From Candidatus Apopatosoma intestinale (GTDB lineage: Bacteria > Bacillota > Clostridia > Oscillospirales > CAG-272), in assembly GCA_003524145.1 (NCBI GenBank), contig DODZ01000020.1:12325-76324 (forward strand): 64,000 nt of DNA. The letters run 5' to 3'. Positions 10,022 through 19,085 of this stretch are shown here, piece after piece. Within the stretch, counting starts at the first letter, position 1. Each line of letters begins with the position of its first letter. Both the position numbers and the translations under genes were made by a program. The notes beneath the pieces were generated by a model that saw only the letters and a list, made by a program, of their open reading frames with translations, was not told where the DNA came from and did not search any database.

Positions 10022-12445
10022 ATGGGAAACACAATCGAAAAAACAGATGTAAGAGAGGCGCTGGACAGCAAGCTTTCGCGTTATTTCGGCGTCGGAGCCG
10101 ACGAGGCTACGAAGGCGCAGGTATATAAGGCAGTCATACTCACTGTCAAGGACATACTGACAAACAAGCGCTCGGCTTACCGCCACGATATGAAGAAGCA
10201 GCAGGCAAAGAGAGTTTACTATCTCTGCATGGAGTTTCTGATAGGCAGAAGCCTCAAGAATAATCTCGGCAATCTCGGACTCACCTCCGCATATGCCGAG
10301 GCACTTTCGGATATGGGCTACAATCTTGAGGATTTTTATGAGATGGAGCCGGACCCCGGTCTCGGAAACGGAGGACTGGGCAGACTTGCCGCCTGCTTCA
10401 TGGATTCGCTGGCGACACTCGACTATCCCGCAACGGGATTTTCACTCTGCTATGAATACGGGCTTTTCAAGCAGAAAATAATCGACGGAAATCAGGTTGA
10501 AATGCCCGATGTATGGATGCCCGGCGGCGACGGATGGCTTGTCCCGAGAACAGACAAGACATTTTCCGTGCGTTTCGGCGGCAGAATAATCGAAAACTGG
10601 AACGAGGGTCACTGCACGATAACCCATGTGGACTATGACGAGGTGCAGGCTGTTCCATATGATATGATGATTTCGGGAAGCGACAGCAAGGCTGTCAATA
10701 ATCTCCGCCTCTGGCGCGCGCACGATATCACCAATTTCAATATGAAGCTCTTCACGCAGGGGCAGTATATGCAGGCTGTGGAGCAGAATACGAATGCGGA
10801 AACGCTGACAAAGGTGCTCTATCCCTCTGATGACCATATGGAGGGGAAAATCCTGCGTCTGAGCCAGCAGTATTTCCTTGTTTCCGCTTCGCTTCAGAAT
10901 ATCATCGCGGATCATCTTGCAGTTTACGGCACGCTTGATAATTTCGCCGAGAAAACGGCTATCCATATCAACGATACGCATCCCGCACTCTGCATACCCG
11001 AGCTTATGCGCATCTTTATGGACACTTATTCTTTCTCATGGGAGAGGGCGTGGGATGTTGTCACAAAGACGGTTTCGTATACTAATCACACGGTGCTTCC
11101 CGAGGCACTCGAATGCTGGAATGAGGACCTTTTCCGTCTCCGCCTTCCGAGAATCTATATGATAGTAGCCGAGATCAACCGCAGATACTGCGAAAATCTC
11201 TGGAATCTCTATCCCGGCGACTGGGACAGAATTTCACGCATGTCGATAGTGGCATCGGGTCAGGTGAGAATGGCAAATCTCAGCGTCGTCGGCTCGCATA
11301 CCGTAAACGGCGTATCGAAGCTTCATTCCGAGATACTCAAGCAGACCGTTTTCCACGATTTCTACAAGGCTGACCCGGATAAATTCACAAATGTGACAAA
11401 CGGTATCGCTCACCGTCGCTGGCTCTGCTATTCCAACCCCGCGCTCGCGGAGCTGCTTGACGAAATGATCGGCGCGGACTACCGCAAAAATCCGCAGGCG
11501 ATTTCCGCTTTCGGAAAGTTTGCCGACGATGCCGCAGTGCTTTCCCGCCTGCGCGATATCAAGCATCGCAATAAGGAGCGCTTCGCCGAGGAATATTTCA
11601 AGAAGACAGGCAGAAAGATAGATACGCATTCTATCTTCGATGTTCAGGCAAAGCGCATTCACGAATATAAGCGTCAGCTTCTCAACGCGATGAAAGTCAT
11701 AGAATACTATGCGCTTCTCCGCGAAAATCCGAAGCTCGATATCCCTGCGCAGACCTTCTTCTTTGCGGGCAAGGCGGCTCCCGGCTATTACTTTGCCAAG
11801 GATATAATCAAGCTCATCTGGAGCATCGGCGAGGAGATAGAGAAGGACCCTGTTATAAGAGAGAAGATCAGAGTTGTATTCCTCGAGGATTACAATGTCA
11901 GCATGGCTGAAATACTCATGCCGGCGACTGATATCAGCGAGCAGATTTCTCTTGCGGGCAAGGAAGCGAGCGGCACGGGCTGCATGAAATTCATGATAAA
12001 CGGTGCGCTCACCGTAGGCACGCTTGACGGCGCAAATGTCGAGATGGCGGATGCCGTAGGCAAGGACAATATCTATATTTTCGGGCTCACTGCAAGCGAT
12101 GTCGACGAGCTCTGGCGCAGAGGATATTCCTCTATCGATTACTATCGCACAAGCGAGAGGATCCGCCGCGTCATGGATATGATTTCGCGCGGCTTCAACG
12201 GAAACGATTTCTCGGGAATAGTGAATTACTTCATTTCTTCGCCGAATATTTCCGACCCGTATATGTGCCTTGCCGATTTCGATTCGTATTTCAACACATA
12301 TTCCGGTGCCGTATCCGACTATGCGGACAGAAAGGGCTGGACTGTGAAGTCGCTCAAAAATATCGCGGGAGCGGGCTATTTCGCCTCCGACCGCAGCATA
12401 AAGGAATATGCGGAGAATATCTGGCACATAAAGCCTGTTGAGTAA
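10022..12445 (+). CDS. glgP: glycogen/maltodextrin phosphorylase GlgP (GT35)
   Basis: 807 aa with GNGGLGRLAACFMDS and the PLP-lysine region AGKEASGTGCMKFMINGALT. Confidence 0.92.
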   Translation: MGNTIEKTDVREALDSKLSRYFGVGADEATKAQVYKAVILTVKDILTNKRSAYRHDMKKQQAKRVYYLCMEFLIGRSLKNNLGNLGLTSAYAEALSDMGYNLEDFYEMEPDPGLGNGGLGRLAACFMDSLATLDYPATGFSLCYEYGLFKQKIIDGNQVEMPDVWMPGGDGWLVPRTDKTFSVRFGGRIIENWNEGHCTITHVDYDEVQAVPYDMMISGSDSKAVNNLRLWRAHDITNFNMKLFTQGQYMQAVEQNTNAETLTKVLYPSDDHMEGKILRLSQQYFLVSASLQNIIADHLAVYGTLDNFAEKTAIHINDTHPALCIPELMRIFMDTYSFSWERAWDVVTKTVSYTNHTVLPEALECWNEDLFRLRLPRIYMIVAEINRRYCENLWNLYPGDWDRISRMSIVASGQVRMANLSVVGSHTVNGVSKLHSEILKQTVFHDFYKADPDKFTNVTNGIAHRRWLCYSNPALAELLDEMIGADYRKNPQAISAFGKFADDAAVLSRLRDIKHRNKERFAEEYFKKTGRKIDTHSIFDVQAKRIHEYKRQLLNAMKVIEYYALLRENPKLDIPAQTFFFAGKAAPGYYFAKDIIKLIWSIGEEIEKDPVIREKIRVVFLEDYNVSMAEILMPATDISEQISLAGKEASGTGCMKFMINGALTVGTLDGANVEMADAVGKDNIYIFGLTASDVDELWRRGYSSIDYYRTSERIRRVMDMISRGFNGNDFSGIVNYFISSPNISDPYMCLADFDSYFNTYSGAVSDYADRKGWTVKSLKNIAGAGYFASDRSIKEYAENIWHIKPVE

Positions 12446-12456
12446 TAATAAAAAAT

Positions 12457-12491
12457 GCGGAGGCGGTGATTTGCGCCGCTTCCGCTTTTTG
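12457..12491 (+). terminator. intrinsic terminator after glgP
   Basis: GCGGAGGCGG (12457-12466) pairs with CCGCTTCCGC (12476-12485) with one G-U pair, and is followed by TTTTTG. Confidence 0.6.
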
Positions 12492-12519
12492 CGATTTTAC
12501 ACATTTTTCGGAGAATTTT

Positions 12520-14439
12520 ATGGCTGAATTTGAATTTCAAAGTCGGGCGCACGGCATGCAGTCGCTCACGGTGCGCGAGGACGGAGAATGGCGGGAGCAG
12601 AGAGCGGGCGCCGTGAAATACGGGCGAAAAATGCGCTTTTCCGTGAAAACGCCGTTTTCGCTCTGTTCCGCGAGCCTTGAAATATACTGCGACGACACGG
12701 GCGAGCGCCGCTTTTTTGATATGTACGCCTCCGGCGAAAACGAATTTTCGCTCGAAGCCGATACGGCATCGCTCTGCGCGGAGAGCGGCTTATTTTACTA
12801 TGCCTACCATCTGAATACCGAATACGGGCATAGGGATTTGCTTTGCGATTTCGATACGCTTGAGGAGAAGCTGTGCGAGCCGAGAGGAGACGGAAACGAT
12901 TTCTTTCAGCTTCTTATTTATAAGGAAAGGGAAGCTCTGCCGAGTTGGTTTTCGGGCGGCGTGATGTATCATATTTTCGTTGACCGCTTCTTTTCCGCAG
13001 GAGGTAATCCGGTGAGAGATGACGCGAGAAAAATAGACGACTGGGAGCACGGCATGCCCGAATATCCCGCATATCCCGGGGCTTATCTCGAAAATAACGA
13101 ATTTTTCGGCGGAGACCTGCAGGGTGTTGCGGCGAAGCTTGACTATATCGCTTCGCTCGGCGTGAACACCGTTTATCTCAGCCCGATTTTTCGCGCGTAT
13201 TCAAATCACAAGTACGATACGGGCGACTACATGACGGTAGACGAAATGTTCGGCGGCGAGGAGGCTTTACGCACGCTTATCTCAGAGGCGGACAGGCGCG
13301 GAATACGCATTATCCTCGACGGCGTTTTCAATCATACTGGAAACGACAGCGTTTATTTCAATGCAAAAGGGCGATATCCCGATGTCGGCGCGTATCAGTC
13401 GCCGCTCTCACCGTATTTTCCTTGGTACAGCTTCAAAAATTACCCCGACGACTATGAGGCGTGGTGGGGTATAAAGATATTGCCGCGCGTGAAAAGCGAC
13501 GAGCCTTCATACAGGGAATTTCTCTTCGGCGAGAGTGGAGTTATCCGCAAATATATGCGCATGGGCATAGGCGGATGGCGGCTCGATGTGGCAGACGAGC
13601 TATCTGATGATTTCCTCTTGTGCCTTTCCGCCGCCGCAAGAAGCGAGCGCGACGACGCACTCGTTATCGGCGAGGTCTGGGAGGATGCATCGAATAAGAT
13701 TGCATATTCAAAGCGTAAGAAATATTTTCGGGGCGGAGAGCTTGACAGCGTGATGAACTACCCGATGAAAAACGCCGTCATAGCCTATATCCGCTACGGA
13801 AATGCTGACGCGCTGAAAGCGGAGGCAAAGCGGATATATACGCATTATCCGCGCGAGGTGGCAAATTCTCTCATGAACTTTCTCGGCACGCACGACACCG
13901 TGCGCGCACTGACGGCGCTCGGCGGTGCTTCTCCCGATGGAAAAAGCAATGACGAGCTTGCCCATATGAAAATGAGCGAGAGCGAATATGCCACGGCAAA
14001 AAAGCGGCTCATGCTCGCTTATCTGACGGTAGCGATGCTCCCCGGCGTGCCGTGCATTTATTACGGCGACGAGGCGGGAATGCAGGGATATTCCGACCCG
14101 ATGAACCGTATGCCCTATCCATGGGGCAGAGAGGACGCGGAAATACGCGATTTTTACCGCATGGTGGGCGCTGTCCGCCGCGAAAACGCTATCTTTGCCG
14201 ATGGTGAATTTTACATCGCATATGCCGACTCCGACATTGCCGCACTTGTGCGGGAAAAGGGCGGCGAGCGCATCACGGCACTCATAAACCGCGGAGACAT
14301 CGCGCATACAGTGTATGCCGACGGCAAAGCCGAGGAGCTTCTCTCGGGCATGAAAGGCGATAGCTTCGCTCTCGAAGGCATGAGTGCGCTCCTGCTGAAA
14401 ACCGCCGACGGCACGAAAATAAAGGTCGTGGCAAAATGA
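12520..14439 (+). CDS. GH13 alpha-glycosidase, neopullulanase/cyclomaltodextrinase-like
   Basis: GH13 regions I-IV: DGVFNHTG, GGWRLDVADE, GEVWED, NFLGTHDT. No signal peptide. ATG at 12520 preceded by GGAG. Confidence 0.85.
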   Translation: MAEFEFQSRAHGMQSLTVREDGEWREQRAGAVKYGRKMRFSVKTPFSLCSASLEIYCDDTGERRFFDMYASGENEFSLEADTASLCAESGLFYYAYHLNTEYGHRDLLCDFDTLEEKLCEPRGDGNDFFQLLIYKEREALPSWFSGGVMYHIFVDRFFSAGGNPVRDDARKIDDWEHGMPEYPAYPGAYLENNEFFGGDLQGVAAKLDYIASLGVNTVYLSPIFRAYSNHKYDTGDYMTVDEMFGGEEALRTLISEADRRGIRIILDGVFNHTGNDSVYFNAKGRYPDVGAYQSPLSPYFPWYSFKNYPDDYEAWWGIKILPRVKSDEPSYREFLFGESGVIRKYMRMGIGGWRLDVADELSDDFLLCLSAAARSERDDALVIGEVWEDASNKIAYSKRKKYFRGGELDSVMNYPMKNAVIAYIRYGNADALKAEAKRIYTHYPREVANSLMNFLGTHDTVRALTALGGASPDGKSNDELAHMKMSESEYATAKKRLMLAYLTVAMLPGVPCIYYGDEAGMQGYSDPMNRMPYPWGREDAEIRDFYRMVGAVRRENAIFADGEFYIAYADSDIAALVREKGGERITALINRGDIAHTVYADGKAEELLSGMKGDSFALEGMSALLLKTADGTKIKVVAK

Positions 14440-14753
14440 GAAAATTTCTTGTATTGCTTATTGTCGTATCGCTTTGCCTGTGCTCATGCGGCGAAGCTGT
14501 CAGCGTGAATACCGGTGAAGCCGAAAACTATCCCGTTTATGCCGAAATTCCCGAGAAAACGAAGACACTGGTGATAAATACGGGTTCCATGACGCTTCAT
14601 ATGCCCGATTGCAGACACGCCGCGAGAATTTCGGAGAAAAATAAACTGATAACAGAGTATAAATATATTGACTATTTCCTCGATAGAGGTTATAATAAGT
14701 GCAAAGTATGCTTTACGGAAAATACCGATGAAAGCAATATTTCGGAGGATTAA
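14436..14753 (+). CDS. small putative lipoprotein with a C-terminal Ada-like zinc-ribbon motif
   Basis: MRKFLVLLIVVSLCLCSCG signal with a lipobox-like motif. C-terminal LHMPDCRHAARISEKNKLITEYKYIDYFLDRGYNKCKVCF. The ATGA start overlaps the GH13 stop. Confidence 0.6.
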   Translation: MRKFLVLLIVVSLCLCSCGEAVSVNTGEAENYPVYAEIPEKTKTLVINTGSMTLHMPDCRHAARISEKNKLITEYKYIDYFLDRGYNKCKVCFTENTDESNISED

Positions 14754-14754
14754 A

Positions 14755-16989
14755 ATGAACTTCAGAGAATTTGACCTTGGCGGCAAAAAGCTGAGAATAT
14801 CGGCTTTTTCGGATAATGCCGTCAGAATCAGAATCAGCAGCGACTTCAAGCCGACGTACTTTGAGAGATACGGAATTTACAATGAGCCCGATGAAAACGC
14901 GGGCGAACTGCTCACAAACGGCATAAAGGCGGGCGACCTTGCCGTCACATACGAAAACGGCGTTATAACGATGAAAAGCCCGCGTTTCGAGCGCACGATA
15001 AGCCTTGACAACAGCGCTGTGGCGGAAAAATCAAAGCTCTTTAACGAGAAGCTCACGGATTTCCGTCCCGAGAGAAAGAAGATAGTCGGCGACACATCTG
15101 AGGACGAGCCTATCGAATATGTAAACTTCGAGAAAGACCCGAAATATATCACTGTAAGAACCGATGGCGAGATTTTTTACGGTCTCGGCGAAAGCAATAC
15201 GGACAGAATCGTGCTCAACGGCAGAACATACCTCGAGAGAGTAATCTATGTGCGCTCCGAGATAGTCATTCCTTTTCTTATGACAAAAGCGGGCTACGGT
15301 ATACTCTGCAATTCCACGATATGGCACGGCGTAGATGTCTGCGACGAAAACAAAAACGAGATATGCTGGTTTTTGCCCGACGGCGATATAGATTTTTATC
15401 TCTTCGCCGGCGACAATCTGAAGGCGATACTCGAGCGCTTTACTTATGTTACGGGCAGACCGATGGTTCTCCCGAAATGGGGCTATGGGCTTACATTCAT
15501 CGACCAGTATTTTGCCGACCAGTTTGAGGTCATGCACAATGCGGAGAAATTCCGCGAAAAGAAAATACCCTGCGATACCTTCAGCCTTGAGCCCGGATGG
15601 ATGGGCGGATACGATTTCAGCACGCAGAAGAAATGGTATACCCAGCGCTTCTATATCTGCGACTGGATGCGGCGCACCGATGAGGAGTTTGCGGCTCATA
15701 CGCCACGCGAGCGCCAGTTTACCACGGCACTGAACAGATACGGCTTCAAATTGCTGCTTTGGCTCTGCTGTAAATACGACTTCACGGCAAATCAGGAAAA
15801 CCGCGCGGGAAATCCCGCGGATTTCGGCATAGAGCCTTGGTATAAGCATCTCAAATCATTTGTATGCGATGGGGCTTCGGGCTTCAAAATGGATCCGTGC
15901 AAGGTCGTAGACACGGCAACAGAGACGCGCGTCTATGCCAACGGCGAGGGAGAGCCTTATATGCACAGCCTGCAATGTACGCTTTACGGCAAGGAAATGT
16001 ACGAGGGCTACAGCGAATATACGGGTCTGCGCCCGATGCATCATATGAGCGGCGGCTATACGAGCATGTCGCGCTACAGCGCAACCACTACGGGCGATTC
16101 CGGAGGCAAGCATAAGACTCTTGTCTGGATACTCAACAGCGGTCTCTCCGGCATGTCGAACATAACCTGCGATATGGATATTTTCGCAAAGCACACGATA
16201 CATTACTGCTTCTTTACGGCTTGGTGTCAGCTCAACAGCTGGTCTGGCTACAGCCATCCGTGGTGGGCAGGTGACGAGCTTGAGGCTATCTTTACTTTCT
16301 ATGATAAGCTCAGATACCGTCTGCTCCCGTATATCTATTCCGCGGCGATAGAATCGCATATCAGCGGCACTCCGGTTGTCCGTGCCATGCCGCTGGAATT
16401 TGAGGACAAGGCACTCGTGAATGCAACCTGCGAGTATATGTTCGGCGACAGTATGCTCGTCGGCTCATTCTCCGATACGATATATCTGCCGGAGGGCGAG
16501 GTGTGGATAAACGCATGGAACGGCGAGCTTTTATCCGGCGGCAGAGAAGTGAATATCGATGTTCCCGAAAACAGAGGCGGTCCGCTCTATATCAGAGGCG
16601 GAGCGATAATTCCGACACAGGCTGAAAAGCAGTTTACCGATTGCAAGGATGACGAGCATCTCACTCTCGAGATTTATCCCGTTGAGGCTTGCAATACGGC
16701 TTATACACTCTATGAGGACGATGGCAGAACGCAGGCTTATCTTGCGGGCGAACGCGCAAAAACAGAGTTTACGCTCCGCATGATCTGCGGCAAGGCTATA
16801 CTTACCATAGGCAGGCGCGAAGGTTCCTTTGACGGCATGGCAGCGGAGAGAAGCTACGGCGTGAAGGCTTATGCTGTCGCTGCCCCGAAGGCAGTTTACG
16901 TTGACGGAAAGGCTGCCCATTTCACTTATGCCGATGGCTTTGTTTCATTTGAAGCAGGCACGGCAAGCGAAGCTGTGATAGAATTTTAA
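14755..16989 (+). CDS. GH31 alpha-glucosidase/alpha-xylosidase family protein
   Basis: ATG at 14755 preceded by GGAGGA. Motifs PKWGYGL, a DGASGFKMDP nucleophile-type motif (compare the KTDFGE type) and TTGDSGG. No signal peptide. Confidence 0.8.
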   Translation: MNFREFDLGGKKLRISAFSDNAVRIRISSDFKPTYFERYGIYNEPDENAGELLTNGIKAGDLAVTYENGVITMKSPRFERTISLDNSAVAEKSKLFNEKLTDFRPERKKIVGDTSEDEPIEYVNFEKDPKYITVRTDGEIFYGLGESNTDRIVLNGRTYLERVIYVRSEIVIPFLMTKAGYGILCNSTIWHGVDVCDENKNEICWFLPDGDIDFYLFAGDNLKAILERFTYVTGRPMVLPKWGYGLTFIDQYFADQFEVMHNAEKFREKKIPCDTFSLEPGWMGGYDFSTQKKWYTQRFYICDWMRRTDEEFAAHTPRERQFTTALNRYGFKLLLWLCCKYDFTANQENRAGNPADFGIEPWYKHLKSFVCDGASGFKMDPCKVVDTATETRVYANGEGEPYMHSLQCTLYGKEMYEGYSEYTGLRPMHHMSGGYTSMSRYSATTTGDSGGKHKTLVWILNSGLSGMSNITCDMDIFAKHTIHYCFFTAWCQLNSWSGYSHPWWAGDELEAIFTFYDKLRYRLLPYIYSAAIESHISGTPVVRAMPLEFEDKALVNATCEYMFGDSMLVGSFSDTIYLPEGEVWINAWNGELLSGGREVNIDVPENRGGPLYIRGGAIIPTQAEKQFTDCKDDEHLTLEIYPVEACNTAYTLYEDDGRTQAYLAGERAKTEFTLRMICGKAILTIGRREGSFDGMAAERSYGVKAYAVAAPKAVYVDGKAAHFTYADGFVSFEAGTASEAVIEF

Positions 16990-17010
16990 AAAATTAAAGG
17001 GGATATGATA

Positions 17011-18315
17011 ATGGAACTTATTTCAAGACCCGAGTATGACAGATTTACTGCGGCAGACAGAGAAAAAAGACTGCAGTGGTTTAAAGAAGCGCGTTTTGGT
17101 ATGTTTATTCATTACAGCCTTTTCTCTCAGCATGAAACAGGTGAATGGTGCATGTATCAGCAGGACTATACCAAGGCGGAATATGAAGAATTTGCAAAGG
17201 TGTTCGCTCCGAAGGAAGGCTGTGCCGACGAATGGTGTGCTCTCGCAAAGAAGGCGGGCGCAAAATATGCGGTACTCACAACACGTCATCATGAGGGCTT
17301 TTCTCTCTGGAAATCCGATGTGAATCCGTATAATTCATATAATTATTGCGGTCGTGATATAGTTCGCGAATTTGTTGATGCCTGCCGTAAATACGGTTTG
17401 CGTATAGGACTTTATTCATCGCTTATGGACTGGCATCATCCCGATGGCTGGCGTTGCGCTTTCGACCCGGAGGCAAGAAGAAGATTTCTTGATTATATCG
17501 AGGCTCTCAATGTGGAGCTTCTCTCAAACTACGGCAAGATAGACATTCTCTGGTATGATATGCCTTACCCCATGACAAGCAGTGAGGGTTGGGATTCCGT
17601 AAACCGCAACTACAGATTGCGGAAGCTCCAGCCCGACATCCTGATAAACAACAGAAGCAAGATGCAGGAGGATTTTCTCACTCCGGAGGAGAGAGTAAAT
17701 CCTGCCGACGGCGCATATTGGGAAGCGTGCATGACCTTCAACGGAATTTCATGGGGATATCTTGATGCGGAGCAGGTAAAGCCATATTCATATACGCCCC
17801 AGCAGATAATCCGTATGCTCAATACCGCTACGGCAGGAGGCGGAAACCTTCTGCTCAATATCGGACCGAAGGCAGACGGAAGCATTCCGGAGGAAGCCGT
17901 GAAGCCGCTTGAGATTGTAGGTGCATGGCTTGCGGAAAACGGTGAGGCTGTTTACGGAGAAAAAGCAATTGTGGGCAGTAATATTGGCGGATGCGCTCTG
18001 AATGTACCCAGCGCAAGCCCCGATTGTACGAAAATTTACCTCTGGAACAGAATATGGAAGAGCGGAGAGCTTCGTCTCGGCGGTTATATGGACGCTCCGA
18101 GGACGATTACGGCTCTCGCAACGGGAGAAAAGATAGATTTTGAGATGGACGGACACCGAATCATACTGAAAAATCTTCCCGAAAAATCTTTTGACAGGCA
18201 TGCAAATATTGCTGTCATAAAGCTGGAGTTTGATAAGAGCCCGCGTTGCCGCAGCGGCAGCTACTATCCGCAGATGCGTGGCGGAGAAAATGTAGCGGGC
18301 GATTTGGTGCAGTGA
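17011..18315 (+). CDS. GH29 alpha-L-fucosidase
   Basis: RLQWFKEARFGMFIHYSLFS, YAVLTTRHHEGFSLWKS, GNLLLNIGPKADG. ATG 17011 is better spaced from AAGGGG than ATG 17005. Confidence 0.85.
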   Translation: MELISRPEYDRFTAADREKRLQWFKEARFGMFIHYSLFSQHETGEWCMYQQDYTKAEYEEFAKVFAPKEGCADEWCALAKKAGAKYAVLTTRHHEGFSLWKSDVNPYNSYNYCGRDIVREFVDACRKYGLRIGLYSSLMDWHHPDGWRCAFDPEARRRFLDYIEALNVELLSNYGKIDILWYDMPYPMTSSEGWDSVNRNYRLRKLQPDILINNRSKMQEDFLTPEERVNPADGAYWEACMTFNGISWGYLDAEQVKPYSYTPQQIIRMLNTATAGGGNLLLNIGPKADGSIPEEAVKPLEIVGAWLAENGEAVYGEKAIVGSNIGGCALNVPSASPDCTKIYLWNRIWKSGELRLGGYMDAPRTITALATGEKIDFEMDGHRIILKNLPEKSFDRHANIAVIKLEFDKSPRCRSGSYYPQMRGGENVAGDLVQ

Positions 18316-18316
18316 T

Positions 18317-18991
18317 ATGTTTGAAGCCGAAATAGAAAAACTGCTCACAGAAAAGGGAGCAAGTCTGGTAGGCTTCTCGGCGCTCGGCGAAAGCTTCTGC
18401 GATATGTATCCGCAATACGGCTATGCCGTTACGATAGTGCGGAAGCTTGCCGATGCCGTGGTGGAAACGATAAACGGCAGACCTACGATGTCGTATTTTC
18501 AGCATTACCGCATAACGAACACAAAGCTCGATTTGCTCGCGCTTGATGCGATGGATTTTATCGAGAGCATGGGTTATCATGCACTTCCTATCGCCGCATC
18601 GCAGAGCACTAACGATAAAAAAGAGGAATATCGCGGTATTTTTCCGCATAAGACCGGTGCGGTACTTTCGGGACTCGGCTTCATCGGAAAAAACGGATTG
18701 CTGATAACCCCGCAGTTCGGCTCAAAGGTTCGGCTTGCCACGGTACTTACCGATATGCCGCTCGAAAGCAAAAGGGAAATACTTGAATGCCTTTGCGGCA
18801 GCTGTACAATATGTCGCGATGCCTGTCCCGCAGGCGCAATCTCGGGCGAAATCTATGTCCCCGGTGCGCCGCGCGATACGATTTTTGATGCGAGGAAATG
18901 CTCGGAGCATATGAAAACCTACAAGGACATAGGCAGAGGCGCGGTTTGCGGGATATGCATGAGCGTCTGCCCGTATAACAAATGTAAATGA
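18317..18991 (+). CDS. 4Fe-4S dicluster protein, epoxyqueuosine-reductase (QueG)/reductive-dehalogenase-like
   Basis: CGSCTICRDACPAGAI and CGICMSVCPYN cluster motifs. The GFIGKNGLLITPQFGSKVRLATVLTD stretch is typical of QueG-like proteins. It starts 1 nt after the GH29 stop. Confidence 0.7.
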   Translation: MFEAEIEKLLTEKGASLVGFSALGESFCDMYPQYGYAVTIVRKLADAVVETINGRPTMSYFQHYRITNTKLDLLALDAMDFIESMGYHALPIAASQSTNDKKEEYRGIFPHKTGAVLSGLGFIGKNGLLITPQFGSKVRLATVLTDMPLESKREILECLCGSCTICRDACPAGAISGEIYVPGAPRDTIFDARKCSEHMKTYKDIGRGAVCGICMSVCPYNKCK

Positions 18992-18992
18992 T

Positions 18993-19042
18993 AAAAAAAC
19001 CTCCCGCTGTCACGCTTGCGCGACAGCGGGAGGTTTTTTTTT
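18993..19042. terminator. bidirectional intrinsic terminator
   Basis: AAAAAAA, then CCTCCCGCTGTC (19000-19011) pairing with GACAGCGGGAGG (19022-19033), then TTTTTTTTT. It lies between convergent genes. Confidence 0.75.
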
Positions 19043-19085
19043 CGACAGACTGAGACAGCCATCGGATTTGCCGATGGCTGCTGTT

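Noticed and set aside
11234-12427. A 397-aa minus-strand ORF antisense to glgP. Similar long antisense ORFs lie at 30247-31509 (inside polC), 48437-49450 (inside lysS), 56832-58085 (across lepA/hemW), 15031-15849 and 19944-20603.
   Set aside because: All lie entirely opposite well-supported, motif-rich genes. Their translations are low-complexity, Arg/Ile/His-rich and motif-free, and none has an RBS. These are typical shadow ORFs of codon-biased genes.
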